DNA of 64,000 nucleotides. Source: the human T2T-CHM13v2.0 reference genome, Homo sapiens. This document shows, one piece after another, positions 40,502-52,600 of the stretch. Location: NCBI RefSeq assembly GCF_009914755.1, contig NC_060934.1; one strand, given 5' to 3'. The translations under genes and the position numbers were made by a program. Under the pieces are notes generated by a model. That model had not been told where the DNA came from, did no database searches, and saw nothing but the letters and a program-made list of their open reading frames with translations. Position 1 is the stretch's first letter. Every line of letters starts with the position of its first letter.

Positions 40502-41606
40502 ATTGGTGTGTATATATCTCACATCTTCTTTATCCATTCATCCAACACTTAAATTGTTTCAACATCTGCATCTTATCTCTTGTGACTGATGTTTCAATGA
40601 ACATGAGAGTGGAGATATCTTTTTGAGATACTAATTTATTTCCTTGGGGTACATACCCAGAAGTAGAATGGCTGAATCATATGATAATTTTATTTTTAAT
40701 ATTTAGGAACCTCTATATGCTTTTCATAATGACTATATCAATTTACGCTCCTACCAACAGTGTACAAACATTCCCTTCTCTTCACAACCTCACCAATACT
40801 TGTTATATCTTGTCTTTTTGATACTAGCCATCCTAATAAGTGTGAGGTGATGATCGATTATTGTTTTGCTTTGTATTTCTCTCATGATTAGTGATTTTGA
40901 ACATCTCTTCATATACTCATTGTGGATTTGTACGTTTTCTTTGGAAAAATGTCTATTCCACTCCTTTGCCCATTTAAAATCTGATTTTTATTATTATTAT
41001 TTTTTGCTATTGAGTTCTGTTAATCACTTACATATTTTTTGGATTTTAACTCCTTATCAGATATATGATTAGGCAAATATTCTTTCCCATTCCACAGGTT
41101 GACATTTTAATTTGTTGCTTGTTTCCTTTGCTGTGCAGAAGCTTTTTAGTTTGACACAATTCAAATTATTATTTTTTAAATTTTGTTGCCTGTACTTTTG
41201 GTATCATATCCAAAAAAACTATTGGCAAAATTAGTGTCACAAAATAAAGGCCATATATGATAAGCTGACAGCATACTAAATGGGAAAAAGCTAAAAGCTT
41301 TTCCTCTAAGATCAGGAAGAAGACAAGGATGTTTACTTTTGCCATTTTTATATAACACAGTTCTGGAAGTCCTAGTCAGAGAGATAAGGCAAGAAAAAAA
41401 AATCATTCAAATTGCAAAGGAAGAAATTAAATGTCTCCATTTACAGACAACATAATCTTATATATAGAAAATACTAAAGACTCCATTAAAAGTCTGTTAG
41501 AAATACTAAACAAATTCAGTAAAGTTGTAGAATACAAACTCAATATACATTTAAAAATCAGGGTTTTCTTTACACTTACAATGAGCTATCCAAAAATGAA
41601 ATTTTT
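39882..41606 (-). mobile_element. L1MA (older subfamily) 3' part with an inverted RT segment (about 41241-41606 on +)
   Basis: T-rich tail at 39882-39900, antisense 3' UTR and ORF2 to ~41240, then sense RT-domain text ([11 protein letters not shown]). Confidence 0.85.
40278..40544. repeat. Tandem triplication inside L1MA, each unit carrying a (TG)n tract
   Basis: Units start at 40278, 40353 and 40444 (atrgytgaataa...tcacat...ttcatcca). Confidence 0.9.
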
Positions 41607-41646
41607 GGCCAGATACATGGCATATGCCTCTAATCCCAGCACTTTG
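41607..41646 (+). mobile_element. Alu 5' stub (40 bp)
   Basis: ggccagatacatggcatatgcctctaatcccagcactttg. Confidence 0.75.
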
Positions 41647-44600
41647 AATTTTAGATTTTTTTTTTCTAATCAGTGAAGAATGATGGTGGTATTTTGATGG
41701 AAATTGTGTTGAAATTGTAGATTTTTTTTGGCAGTATGGTCATTTTCGCAATATTAATTCTACCCATCCATGAGCATGGGATGTGTTTCTATTTTTTTAT
41801 GTCATGTATTATTTCTTTCAGCAATGTTTTGTAGTTTTCCTGGTAGAGGTCTTTCCTCTCTTTGGTAAGGTATATTCCCAAGTATTTTATTTTTTTGCAG
41901 CTATTGAAAAAGGGGTTGAGTTCTTGATTTGATTCTCAGCTTGGTCACTGTTGGTGTATAGAAAAGCTACTAATTCTTGTACATTAATTTTGTATCCAGA
42001 AACTTTGCTGAATTCTTTTGTCAGTTCTAGGAGCTTTCTGTAGTAGTCTTTAGATCATATCAAATAGCCAACAGTGTTTGGAGGCCATTGATTTCTTTCT
42101 CTTGTCTGATTGCTCTGGCTAGTACTTCCAGTACTATGTTGAAAAGGAGTGGTGAGACTGGGCATCCTTGTCTTGTTCCAGTTTTCAGAGGGAATGCTTT
42201 CAACTTTTCCCCATTCAGTATTATGTTCGTTGTAAGTTTGTCATAGATGGCATTTATTATATTGAGGTATGTCCCTTGTATGATGATTTTGCTGAGAGTT
42301 TTAATCATAAAAGGATGCTGGATTTTGTCAAATGCTTTTTTTGCTTCTATTGAGATGATCATATGATTTTTGTTGTTAATTCTGTTTATGCAGCATATTA
42401 CATTTATTTACTTGCATATATTAAACCATCCCTGCATGCCTGATATAAAACCCACTTGATCATGGTGGATTATCTTTTTGATATGTAGTTGGATTTGGTT
42501 TGCTAGTATTTTGTTAAGGATTTTAGCATCTATGTTCATCAGGGATATTGGTCTGTAGTTTTCCTTTTTTGGGTATGCCCTTTCCTGGTTTTGGTATTAG
42601 AGTGATACTGGCTTCATAAAATGATTTAGGGAGGGTTCACTCTTTCTCTATCTTGTGGAATACTGTCAATAGGATTGGTACCAATTCTTCTTTGAATGTC
42701 TGGAGGAATTCTGCTGTGAATCTGTCTGGTTCTGGACTTTTGTGTTGTTGTTGGTAATTTTGTAATTGCCATTTCAATCTCACTGCTTGTTATTGGTCTG
42801 TTCAGGGCATCTAATTCTTCCTGATTTAAGCTAGAAGCGTTGTATAGTTGCAGGAATTGATCAATCTCTTCTAGAGTTTCAAGTTTGGCCACATAAAGGT
42901 GTTCATAGCAGCCTTGAATGATCTTTTGTATTTCTGTAGTGTCAGGTGTAGTATCTCCCATTTCATTTCTTATTGAGCTTATTTGGATTTTCTTTCTTCT
43001 TTTTCGGTTAATCTTGCCAATGATCTATCAATTTTATTTATCTTTTCAAAGAACCAGCATTTTGTTTCATTTATCTTTTGTATCTTTTTTTGTTTCAATT
43101 CATTTAGTTCTGCTCTGATCTTGGTTATTTCCTTTCTTCTGCTGAGTTTGGGTTTGGCTTGTTCTTTTTTCTCTAGTTCCTTAAGGTGTGACCTTAGATT
43201 GACTGTGCTCTTTCAGATTTTTTGATGTAGGTGTTTAGGGCTATAAACTTTCCTGTTAGCATTGCCCTTGCTGTGTCCCATAGGTTTTGATAGGTGTTGT
43301 CACTGTTGCCGTTTAGTTCAAAGAATTTTTTTAATTTCCATCCTAATTTCATTTTTGACCCAGTGATCATTCAGGAGCAGGTTATTTAATTTCCACATAT
43401 TTGCATGGTTTTGAAGGTTCCTTTAGGAGTTGATCTCCAGTTTTATTCCACTTTGGTCTAAGAGAGTGCTTGATATAATTTCAATTTTCTTAAATTGATT
43501 GAGGTTCATTTTGTGGCCTATCATGTGGTCTATCTTGGAGAAAGTTCTACGCACTGTTGAATAGAATGTTTATTCTGTGGTTTTTGGATGGAATGTTCTG
43601 TATATATCTGTTAATTCCATTTGTTTCAGGGTATAGCTTAAATTCATTGTTTTTTTATTGAATTTCTGTCTTGATGACCTGTCTAGTGCTGTCAGTGGAG
43701 TATTGAAGTCCCCCGCATTATTCTGTTGCTGTCTATCTCATTTCTTAGGTCTATTAGTAATTGTTTCATAAATTACAGAGCTCCAGTGTTAGGTGCATAT
43801 ATTTTTAGGATTATGATATTTTTCTGTTGGACAAGGCCTTTTATCATTATATATGTCCTTCGTCTTTTTAAACTGCTGTTGCTTTAAAATTTGTTTTGTC
43901 TGATATAAGAATAGCTACTCCTGCTCAATTTTGGTGTTCATTTTCATGAAATGTAGTTTTCCACCCTTTTACCTCAAGTTTGTGAGGGTGTTTATGTGTT
44001 AGGTGAGTCTCTTGAAGGCAGTAGATAGCTGGTTGGTGAATTCTTATCCATTCTGCAGTTCTATATCTTTTAAGTGGAGCATTTAGGCCATTTGCATTCA
44101 ATCTCAGTATTGAAATGTGAGGTACCATTCCATTAATCATGTAATTTGTTGCCTGTATTCTTGTTTTGTTTTTGTTTTTTAAATTGTATTTTTGTTTCAT
44201 AGGTCCTGTGAGATTTATGTTTTAAAGAGGTTCTGTTTTGATGTGTTTCCAAGATTTGTTTCAAAATTTAGGTCTCTAACTTTTGGCAATTCTTGTAGTG
44301 GTGGCTTGGTAGTGGTGAGTTCTCTCAGAATTTGCTTGTCTTAAAAAGACTATGTGAAGCTTTCTTTCATATGTGAAGCTTACTTTCACTGGATACAAAA
44401 TCCTTAGCTGATAATTGTTTTGTTTGAAGAGGCTAAAGATAGGCCCCTGTCCCTTCTAGCCTGTAGGGTTTCTGCTGAGAAATCTACCATTAATCTGATA
44501 GATTTTCCTTTATAGGTTACCTGGTGCTTTTGTCTCACAGTTCTTCTTTCCTTCATCTTAATTTACATAACCTGATGATAATGTGCCTAGATGATTATGT

Positions 44601-46638
44601 TATTGCGATGAATTCCCCAGGTGTTCGTTGTGCTTCTTGTATTTGGATGTCTAAGTCTCTAGCAAGGCTGGGGAAGTTTTCCTCAATTATTCCCCCAAAT
44701 ATGTTTTCCAAACTTTCAGATTTCTCTTCTTCCTCAGGAAAGTAGATTATTCTTAGGTTTGGTTAACATAATCCCAGATTTCTTGGAGGCTTTGTTCACA
44801 TTTCCTTATTTTTTTTCTTTGTCTTTGTTGGATTGTGTTAATTCGAAGACCTTGTCTTTAAGCTCTGAATTTCTTTCCTCTATTTGTTCAATTCTATTGC
44901 CGAGACTTTCCAGAGTCTTTTGCATTTCTATAAGTGTGTCCATTGTTTCCCAAAGTTTTGATTGTTTTCTATTTATGCTATTTCCTTGAATATTTCTCCC
45001 TTCACTTCTTGTGTCATTTTTTGGATTTCCTTACATTGGGCCTCAGCTTTTTGTGGTGCCTCCTTGATTAGCTTAATTACTAACCTCCCGAATTCTTTTT
45101 CAGGTAAATCGGGGTTTCTTCTTGGTGTGGGTCCATTGCTGGTGAGCTAGTGTGATTTTGGGGTGGTGTTAAAGAACCTTGTTTTGTCATATTACCAGAG
45201 ATGATTTTCTGCTTCCTTCTCATTTGTGTAGATTCTGTCAGACAGAAGGTCTAGGGCTGAAGGCTGTTGTTCAGATTCTTTTGTCCCATGAGGTGTTCAC
45301 TTGATGTAGTATTCTCTCTGTTTTCCTATGGATATGGCTTCCTGAGAGCTGAGCTATAGTAATTGTTATCTCTCTTTTGGATCTAGCCACCCAGCAAGTC
45401 TACCAGGCTCTGGGCTGGTACTGGGGGTTGTCTTCACAGAGTTCTGTGATGGGAACCATCTATGTGTCTCTCAGCCGTGGATACCAGCAATTGCTCCGGT
45501 GGAGGTGGCAGGGGGTGAAATAGACTCTGTGAGGGTCCTTAGCTTAGGTTGATTAATGCACTGTTTTTGCACTGGTTGGCCTCCTAGCAGGAAGTGGTGG
45601 TTTCAAGAGAGCATTAGCTGTGGTAGTATGAGGAGGAACAAATGGTGGACAGTGCCCCAGATTGTCCAAGCTTATATGCCCTTCATCTTCAGTTATCAGG
45701 GTGGGTAGAGAAGGACCACTGGATAGGGGCAGGGCTAGGAGTGTGTGAGTTCAGACTCTTCCTGGGTGGATCTTGCTGCGGCTGCTGTTGGGGATGAGAA
45801 TGAGGTTCCCAGGCCAATGGATTTATGTTCCTAGGAGGATTATGACTGTCTCTACTGTGTCATGCAGGCTGGCAGGGAAGTGGGGGAAAGCTGGCAGTCA
45901 CAGGCCTCACCCAGCTCCCATGCAATCCAAAGGGAGTCTCACTCCCAGCATGTCCCCCAACCCAACAGCACCGAGTCTGTTTCCAGGCAGTGGCAAGCAG
46001 GGCTGAGAACTTGCCCTAGTCTACCTGCCTCCCAGCTGCAAAAGCAAATCTGGCTTTTCTTCTTCCCCTGCCTGTGGAGTCTGCATACCAGATTCACGTC
46101 CTCACCTGAGTTCTGCCAGGAGGCTTCTAAATCAGTTCAAATTTTTACAAAATTCAGCTGGAAATTTCCTTCTCCCTATGGCCCTTGCCCACTGCATCTT
46201 GCCACCCTCCTGAAGGACCCCTGTGAGGCCAGGCAAAAATGCCTTGCTCGGGGATCCAACACGCTCCCAGGGCTTTTCCCGCTGCTTCCTCTACCCCTGT
46301 ATTTCACTTGGCTCTCTAAATTGATTCAGCTGCAGGTAAAGTCAAAATCTTCTCCCATAATCTAGGCCTTCAGTTTCCCCAGTTGGGGTGCATATTTGGG
46401 GGCAGATGATCTGCCTTTCCCGCTTCCACAGTTTGGGCACTCACAGTAATTCGGTTGTCTCCCAGGTCCTACAGGAGCAATCTACTCCCTTCATGGGGTC
46501 TGGGGTCCTCTCAGGTTTCCTGATTTATTCCTGCAGTCATTTGGGAGTGAAAATTCACGATGCGAGCCTCTACACGCTGCTATGTCCATCCAAGTCGGAG
46601 CTGCAATGCAGTCCTGCCTCCCATCTGCCATGATCCCC
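41646..46638 (-). mobile_element. L1PB (L1PBa-type 5' UTR): 5' UTR, ORF1 and ORF2 through RT, 3' end missing
   Basis: Minus-strand 5' end ggggatcatggcagatgggaggcaggact; ORF2 peptides [40 protein letters not shown]; many stops and frameshifts. Confidence 0.93.
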
Positions 46639-46914
46639 AAAGCTCACTTTAATTGTGCTGAAGATATAGAATTAATCCTCTCCCTCTGCTGATATAATAT
46701 TTTGTAAACATAAATGGGTAAAATATTCACAGTGATTAGGTGGATCATCAGGAGAAACACAGAGTAATCTTTAAGGAAATTGAAGCATGTGTCAAAGACC
46801 AAGGAAGTCAGTGATTCTGACAACAACAGCAAAACCAAATACCTCTGCTCTTTGTTTCTAATCTCTTGCTCTTACTAGTTTTAGCTACACCTCAGTCTTA
46901 ATCCAATAATAAAA

Positions 46915-47095
46915 ATAGAAAATCCTCCAACAGTGTTTCTAGATTGTTATAATTCCTAGTTTTATGAGAAGGAAATTGAGGTTCAGGAAGATTAAATAAG
47001 TTATCTAAGGTCAAACAGCTAGTAGGTTAAAAAGATAGAATTTGAGCCACGTTTTACCTAGAGATTGCAAAATGCATGTCTTTCCATTCCTGTGG
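46915..47095 (-). mobile_element. MIR
   Basis: aaggaaattgaggttcaggaagattaaataagttatctaaggtcaaacagctagt. Confidence 0.8.
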
Positions 47096-48381
47096 CCTGA
47101 ACTAAGAAGTCAGTCATCTGTTCTATAAAACTGAGGTAGACTTTATCTTTGTGCCTTGCCTATGCTTAACCCAACATCTGCTTTATTATTTGGTCCTAGA
47201 CACTAGCTAATTTATAAAGAAAAAAAAGTCCAATCAATTTCTATGAGCCATTCTAAAAGAGACAGGCACAACAGGTGACAGTAGGGTTCCTTCAGCTTCT
47301 CACCTGGTGGTAGGAATAGGCAGAATGGCACAAAGGGGTCACTGAGCAGCTGGGGATGCCAAACCCCTGAACACCTGGCTGGTGTGTGATGGGAAGTAAG
47401 GAGACTGGTAAGGGCAATGGGTGAGTATGGTCTGTACCCATTACCAACTGTAAATATGCTAACCAGCCCACCACACCAAAGGAAGTCCTGGCCTGTCCCA
47501 TCCACAGATAAAATAATTGAGATATTCTCCAATACCCTCGAACACCTGGAACCCATTTATCCAAATAGCTTGGAAAATGCCTGGATCGGGGCCAGCTGCG
47601 AGAGTAAACAGTCAGATGAGTTTAGTTGATCACACTTTCAGGAAACTCTAACAAAGCTGGAGACCATTTTCCTGGAAGTTGTCTTACTTATGACATTTAT
47701 TCGTCCATGAGTCCCATTAATTCTTCTTCTGGGAAAAACAAAGATGATTATAAAGCCAGTATCATGAATGTGATCGCTGTGTGGAACGCTTAGCTTTGCT
47801 GTCTTGCTCAGACAGTCTTCAACTCCATCCAGGTTTCACATAAAGAGGACTCTGCCAGAAACTGTGGATGAATCAAAGTTCATCTCCATTACTAGAACAA
47901 GCACATCTAACATTAGTTCTACTCGTTACAGGCTAGCAGAGTTAAAACAATTTTGTAAAAAATAAAGTATTTTAGGTTTCGCTCTGGGACAAGTTTATTT
48001 TTACTTTTAATTATAAATGTTCAATAAGTAATCTTTTCTCAACCCTCTACTCACATAATATTCATAATTCTAAATGCCCCAAAACTTTTTTTCTAATCTA
48101 CCTCACCTACAGGTGCAGGAAGGATGTTTAGATACAGACCATACAATGCAGAGGTATCCATTCCTAATCTTCCTACACCTCCTGGAAAAGGTAGACCGAC
48201 TTCAATGTTTCATGTCTAAGACGTTGAATAACCTGTAGACAGCTACACATCTATGAAGCAGCAGTTTTCATGCGTTAGCCATCTATGTCCAGACTCTGTT
48301 CTAGGAAACTCTACAAAATGCTGCAGTATTGACTCCTCATTTCAGCCTCTTGAACTGTATACCAATATTCTCTTCCTTTTT

Positions 48382-48450
48382 TAGGATGACTATATTTTAT
48401 CCCCCAAATCAGGAACTTTTGGGAACAAAAGCAAGCACTATGGTCATCTA
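48382..48450. mobile_element. Short hAT-Blackjack-like (MER81/MER94) remnant
   Basis: Termini taggatgact...tggtcatcta resemble Blackjack TIRs. Confidence 0.4.
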
Positions 48451-48454
48451 AACA

Positions 48455-48640
48455 GGATTTGAAGCCTGATTTTGCCACTTACAAGCAATGGTTTTTGAAA
48501 AGTCTCATCTTCTGAGATCCTCACCATAAAATGACTTTACTTTCTCGAAATAGTGAAGATGAAATGAGATAATTCATGTTAATTACTCAGTCCTGTGCCT
48601 TCCAAATAAGCACTTTAAAAATGCTTGTTATTATTATTAT
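48455..48640 (+). mobile_element. MIR
   Basis: gatttgaagcctgattttgccacttac...gtgaagatgaaatgagataat...tgttattattattat. Confidence 0.75.
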
Positions 48641-50484
48641 TATCAAAAATTCTTAAATTCTTTAGGCCAGAATTCAGAGGATAGCAGGGCACTTTGCAGG
48701 AGAAGAGCAGAGGGAAACAGCCTGGCCTTTTCTAAGTATGAAGAATTGGAGGGTGTCTTTGAAAGTAGGTAAGTTTTACCTGTCTTTTTGTATTTTGTCT
48801 GTAGAAGGACCACAACCAAAATAAAATCACATAATTAATAGTGAATTGAAATATAGACACTGACACAAACACACAAACAGAACACTATTCATTATAAACA
48901 ATGCATTTAAGATATTTCTATATTGAAATAGAGAGCTGCATCAATCTTGTTAACTGTTTTGCAGAATTAGACTGGAAGCATTTTATTTTTTTAACCATCC
49001 TACTTTATGGATGTCCAAGGTTCTGGAGAAAGGTTGTGGGATAGAATGTGGTAAGCATATCATTTAGAGGAACAATATGAGGCTGGAGAGAAAGGAAAAA
49101 AAGCAGAGCATTTAGGGCCATGTAGGTCAAAGTAAGAAATTGTTATTTTATTTAAAATGAAGTATATAGAAATCTAAAGCATTTAAGTGGTATGTTTATC
49201 AACACTGGAATTTGCTATTGCAGCATTGTAGTTTTGAACATCCTCATACATGTAGCTTTATACATATTTTAAAAATGGTTCAGGGTAATAAAATTGATAG
49301 AAGCAGAAATATCAGTTCAAAACATTTGCACATTGAACATGTTGATATGTATTGCCAAATTCCCTAAAAATATGCCTCACTCCCAGCACTAGTATATGCG
49401 AAAATCCACGTCCCCACTTGGCTAATTCTTAATTCTATTTGTAGAGATCTGTTAACCTGTTAAAGCCAAATAATACAATGGGGTTGCATTTTAAGTGAGA
49501 TTAAGTCAGTGAATAACATACAAATTACATATAGGCAAAACTACCTTACAAAATCATAAAATATGATAGATGTTATTTGAGGGTAGTTAACTCTTGATGA
49601 TAATTCTTATGTACCCCGAAATGTAAAAAACACTGAACCAAAAAAAAACCCAGCAAACAAAAGGAAAGTCTATGCCAGTGTCTAAGAACTCAAAAATCAA
49701 TCATTTTCAAGCTGATTGCTGAATACCTAGGATGAGAGAGTGATAGATAAGGAATTGTAAATAAAATGTTCAAATTTGCCCATAAGGTTCACACCATTCT
49801 GCTTTAAGACTCTACAGTATTGAAATAAGCAGTCAAAAGACTGCCTATTATTGAGATAATTAATAAAACAATATATAAAAGTACCTAACATAGATCTGGC
49901 ACATTGAAATGCAAAAATTAAAAATCAAATTTTAAATATTTAAATTTTGTTCTATGAGACTGACATTTCTTTCCAGTGTCCTTTATTGTTTTCCACATTG
50001 GCAACTCCTCTTGTTATAACAATAACAAATTATTACCCATGAATTTTGGCATTGGTTTCAAGACCGTTAAAGTGGCATTGGAGGGTGAATAGGTAGAAAT
50101 GGGGTTTTACATGCTAAGTTATAAAGTCAGAATTAAGTAAAACATAAATAGGTTTCAATACCAATATAGACAATGACTTGTAATTTAATTGACAATTATC
50201 CTGATTCCTTATGAGGTTAAGAATTTTTGACTTCTGCATTGCTCATTTCTATTTCTATTTTTATGAATTGATTACTTATATTCTTGAAACCAACTTGTGT
50301 TTAAGTTGTATTGATTTATAGTAGTTCATTGTGTTTGCTGTATGATGTCTCCATCAGTTATCTATTGTTTAAGCTTTGTTTATATAGTCTCCAAGATATA
50401 GAATGGTTTTTAGTTGATAGTCATATCATTAAATCCTTCCTTTATGCCTTTAATTGTATATATTTACTTAAGAATTACAATGCT

Positions 50485-51489
50485 ATCATCAGAGTGAATA
50501 GACAACCTACAGAATGGGAGAAAATTTTTGCAATCTATCTGTCTGACAAAGGGCTAATATCCAGAATCCACAAGAAACTCAAACAAATTTACAAGAAAAA
50601 AAAACAAACAACCCCATCAAAAAGTGGGTGAAGAATATGAACAGACACTTCTCAAAAGAAGACATTTACGGGTCCAAAAAAATATGAAAAAAAGCTCATC
50701 ATCACTGATCATTAGAGAAATGCAAATCAAAACCACAATGAGATAACATCTCATGCCAGTTGGATTGGTGATCATTAAAAAGTCAGGAAACAACAGATGT
50801 TGGAGATGATGTGGTGAAATAGGATCGCTTTTACACTGTTGGTGGCAGTATAAATTATTTCAACCATTGTGGAAGACAGTGTGGCAATTCCTCAAGGATC
50901 TAGAACCAGAAATACCATTTGACCCAGCAATCCCATTACTGGGTATATAACCCAAAGGATTATAAGTCATTCTACTATAGAGACACACATACACGTATGT
51001 TCACTGCAGCACTGTTCACAATAACGAAGACTTGGAACCAACCGAAATGCCCATCAATGACAGACTGCATAAGGAAAATGTGGCATATATACACCATGGA
51101 ATACTATGCAGCTATAAACGAGGATGAGCTCATGTCCTTTGTAGGGACATGGATGAAGCTGGAAACCATCATTCTCAGCAAACTAACACAAGAACAGAAA
51201 ACCAAACACCACATGTCCTCACTCATAAATGGGAGTTGAACAATGAGAACACATGGACAAAGGGAGGGAACGTCACACACCGAGGCCTGTTGTGGGGTAG
51301 GGTGTTATGGGAGGGACAGCATTAGGAGAAATATCTAATGTAGATGACAGGTTGATGGGTCCAGCAAACCACCATGGCACGTGTACACCTATGTAACAAA
51401 CCTGCACATTCTGCACATGTATCCCAGAACTTAAAGTATAATACATTTTTAAAAAATTAAATGAAATTAACTATTCAGTTAAAAAAAAT
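50485..51489 (+). mobile_element. L1PA7/8, 5'-truncated (~1 kb)
   Basis: ORF2 C-terminus ([33 protein letters not shown]), L1PA 3' UTR, A tail, TSD aattacaatgct at 50473-50484 and 51490-51501. Confidence 0.96.
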
Positions 51490-51679
51490 AATTACAATGC
51501 TTTCTACATCCCTCATCTTGTGTCATCTTCATAGGAATCTTTGAGGTTCCAATTTTATGAATAAGAAAATGAGGGTACTCTGAAGTTAACTGCTGTGTTT
51601 AAGGAAGAGTCTAAGTTAGAAGATCCAAGATTTAAGCGTTAGAAGATCCAAGTCTTCTAACTATAAAATCGCTGTTGAC

Positions 51680-52228
51680 TCCTCTAGCCATGAAGTCATG
51701 AAGTAGTATTGGGAGCAAGGGGAAGTACCTAGCCAGCTAAATGGGCAAGAAAAACTTTATTGAAGACCTTTGCAAGAAGAAAAAGAAATTGAACTCAACT
51801 ATCCTGGTACAAATATGTACATTATTATTTGTAAATTACATTTTTTAAAAGGTGGGAAGGTTTTTAGGCAACTGAGTTAGCTAGCAGAAAAGTCCTGGAG
51901 AGCTTTAAGGGGGAGCGGCTAATGTGATTAGGCCAGCTGTGTTTGCTCATTGGTGGATATCAAAGTTATTCTCCCACCCTCTCGAAGAGACTAGGAGATA
52001 GCGATGCTATCTTTATAATTACATTTCAAAGGATGGCTCCCAGGTACTGAGAAAGACATTCCTGGCTTATAGAAGACTTATATGTCAAAAGGGCAAATAA
52101 ATAATTTATAATTATAAGTTTTCTTATGTAAACACTCTAAGAAAAGGGAGGTCAGAGGCCTGTAGTCAGGAAGAAATCTGTCTAAACTTTTCTCAAAGTG
52201 AGGGAGAATATAAGGCAATTTTGGCCAG
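51680..52228 (-). mobile_element. MER67-family ERV1 LTR
   Basis: aatgtgattaggccagctgtgtttgct, ttacatttcaaaggatggctcccagg, gggaggtcagaggcctgtagtcaggaagaa. Confidence 0.8.
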
Positions 52229-52279
52229 TAAAAGGGATGAATATATTTGCATTTTGAGTACTGTTCTAGAAAATGACTT

Positions 52280-52600
52280 ATTATTAAGTGTGGTTGTTTT
52301 AGGATTCTTTTCTATGTGTTCAAGTGACAGAAATTCAATTCTAATTAGCTTATTATCTTAATAGTTCAGACCCAGAGTGGTACAGGTGCTCCAATGATGA
52401 CACCAGAACTGGCCTTTTATTATACGGCCTTTTCATCTATTTATCCAGCTAAAAATGTGCCTTTGTTTTTTGACTATAAGTTACCCAGCACCTGTTTGCA
52501 TGTTAATTTCATGCTCTCCTGCTAGATGGGCTCTCTGCACATGGTGCCCCACGCAAGCAGGCTGGTAGTAAAAGCAAATTTGCCATGACCCATCTCAGGA
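52280..52600 (-). mobile_element. Old MLT1 LTR fragment
   Basis: ttcaagtgacagaaattcaattctaattagctta. Confidence 0.5.

Noticed and set aside
40278-40544. Repeat-spacer-repeat pattern resembling a CRISPR-like array
   Set aside because: The units are duplicated L1 sequence and the spacers are simple TG/AG repeats; eukaryotic context with no cas genes
42060-44200. ORFs with endonuclease and reverse-transcriptase motifs
   Set aside because: Fragments of a dead L1PB ORF2 broken by stops, frameshifts and a deletion; not a novel RT system
45773-46633. Plus-strand ORFs of up to 167 aa antisense to the L1 5' UTR (ORF0-like?)
   Set aside because: Stop-poor, GC-richer L1PB 5' UTR sequence; no recognisable similarity to L1PA ORF0 or any other protein
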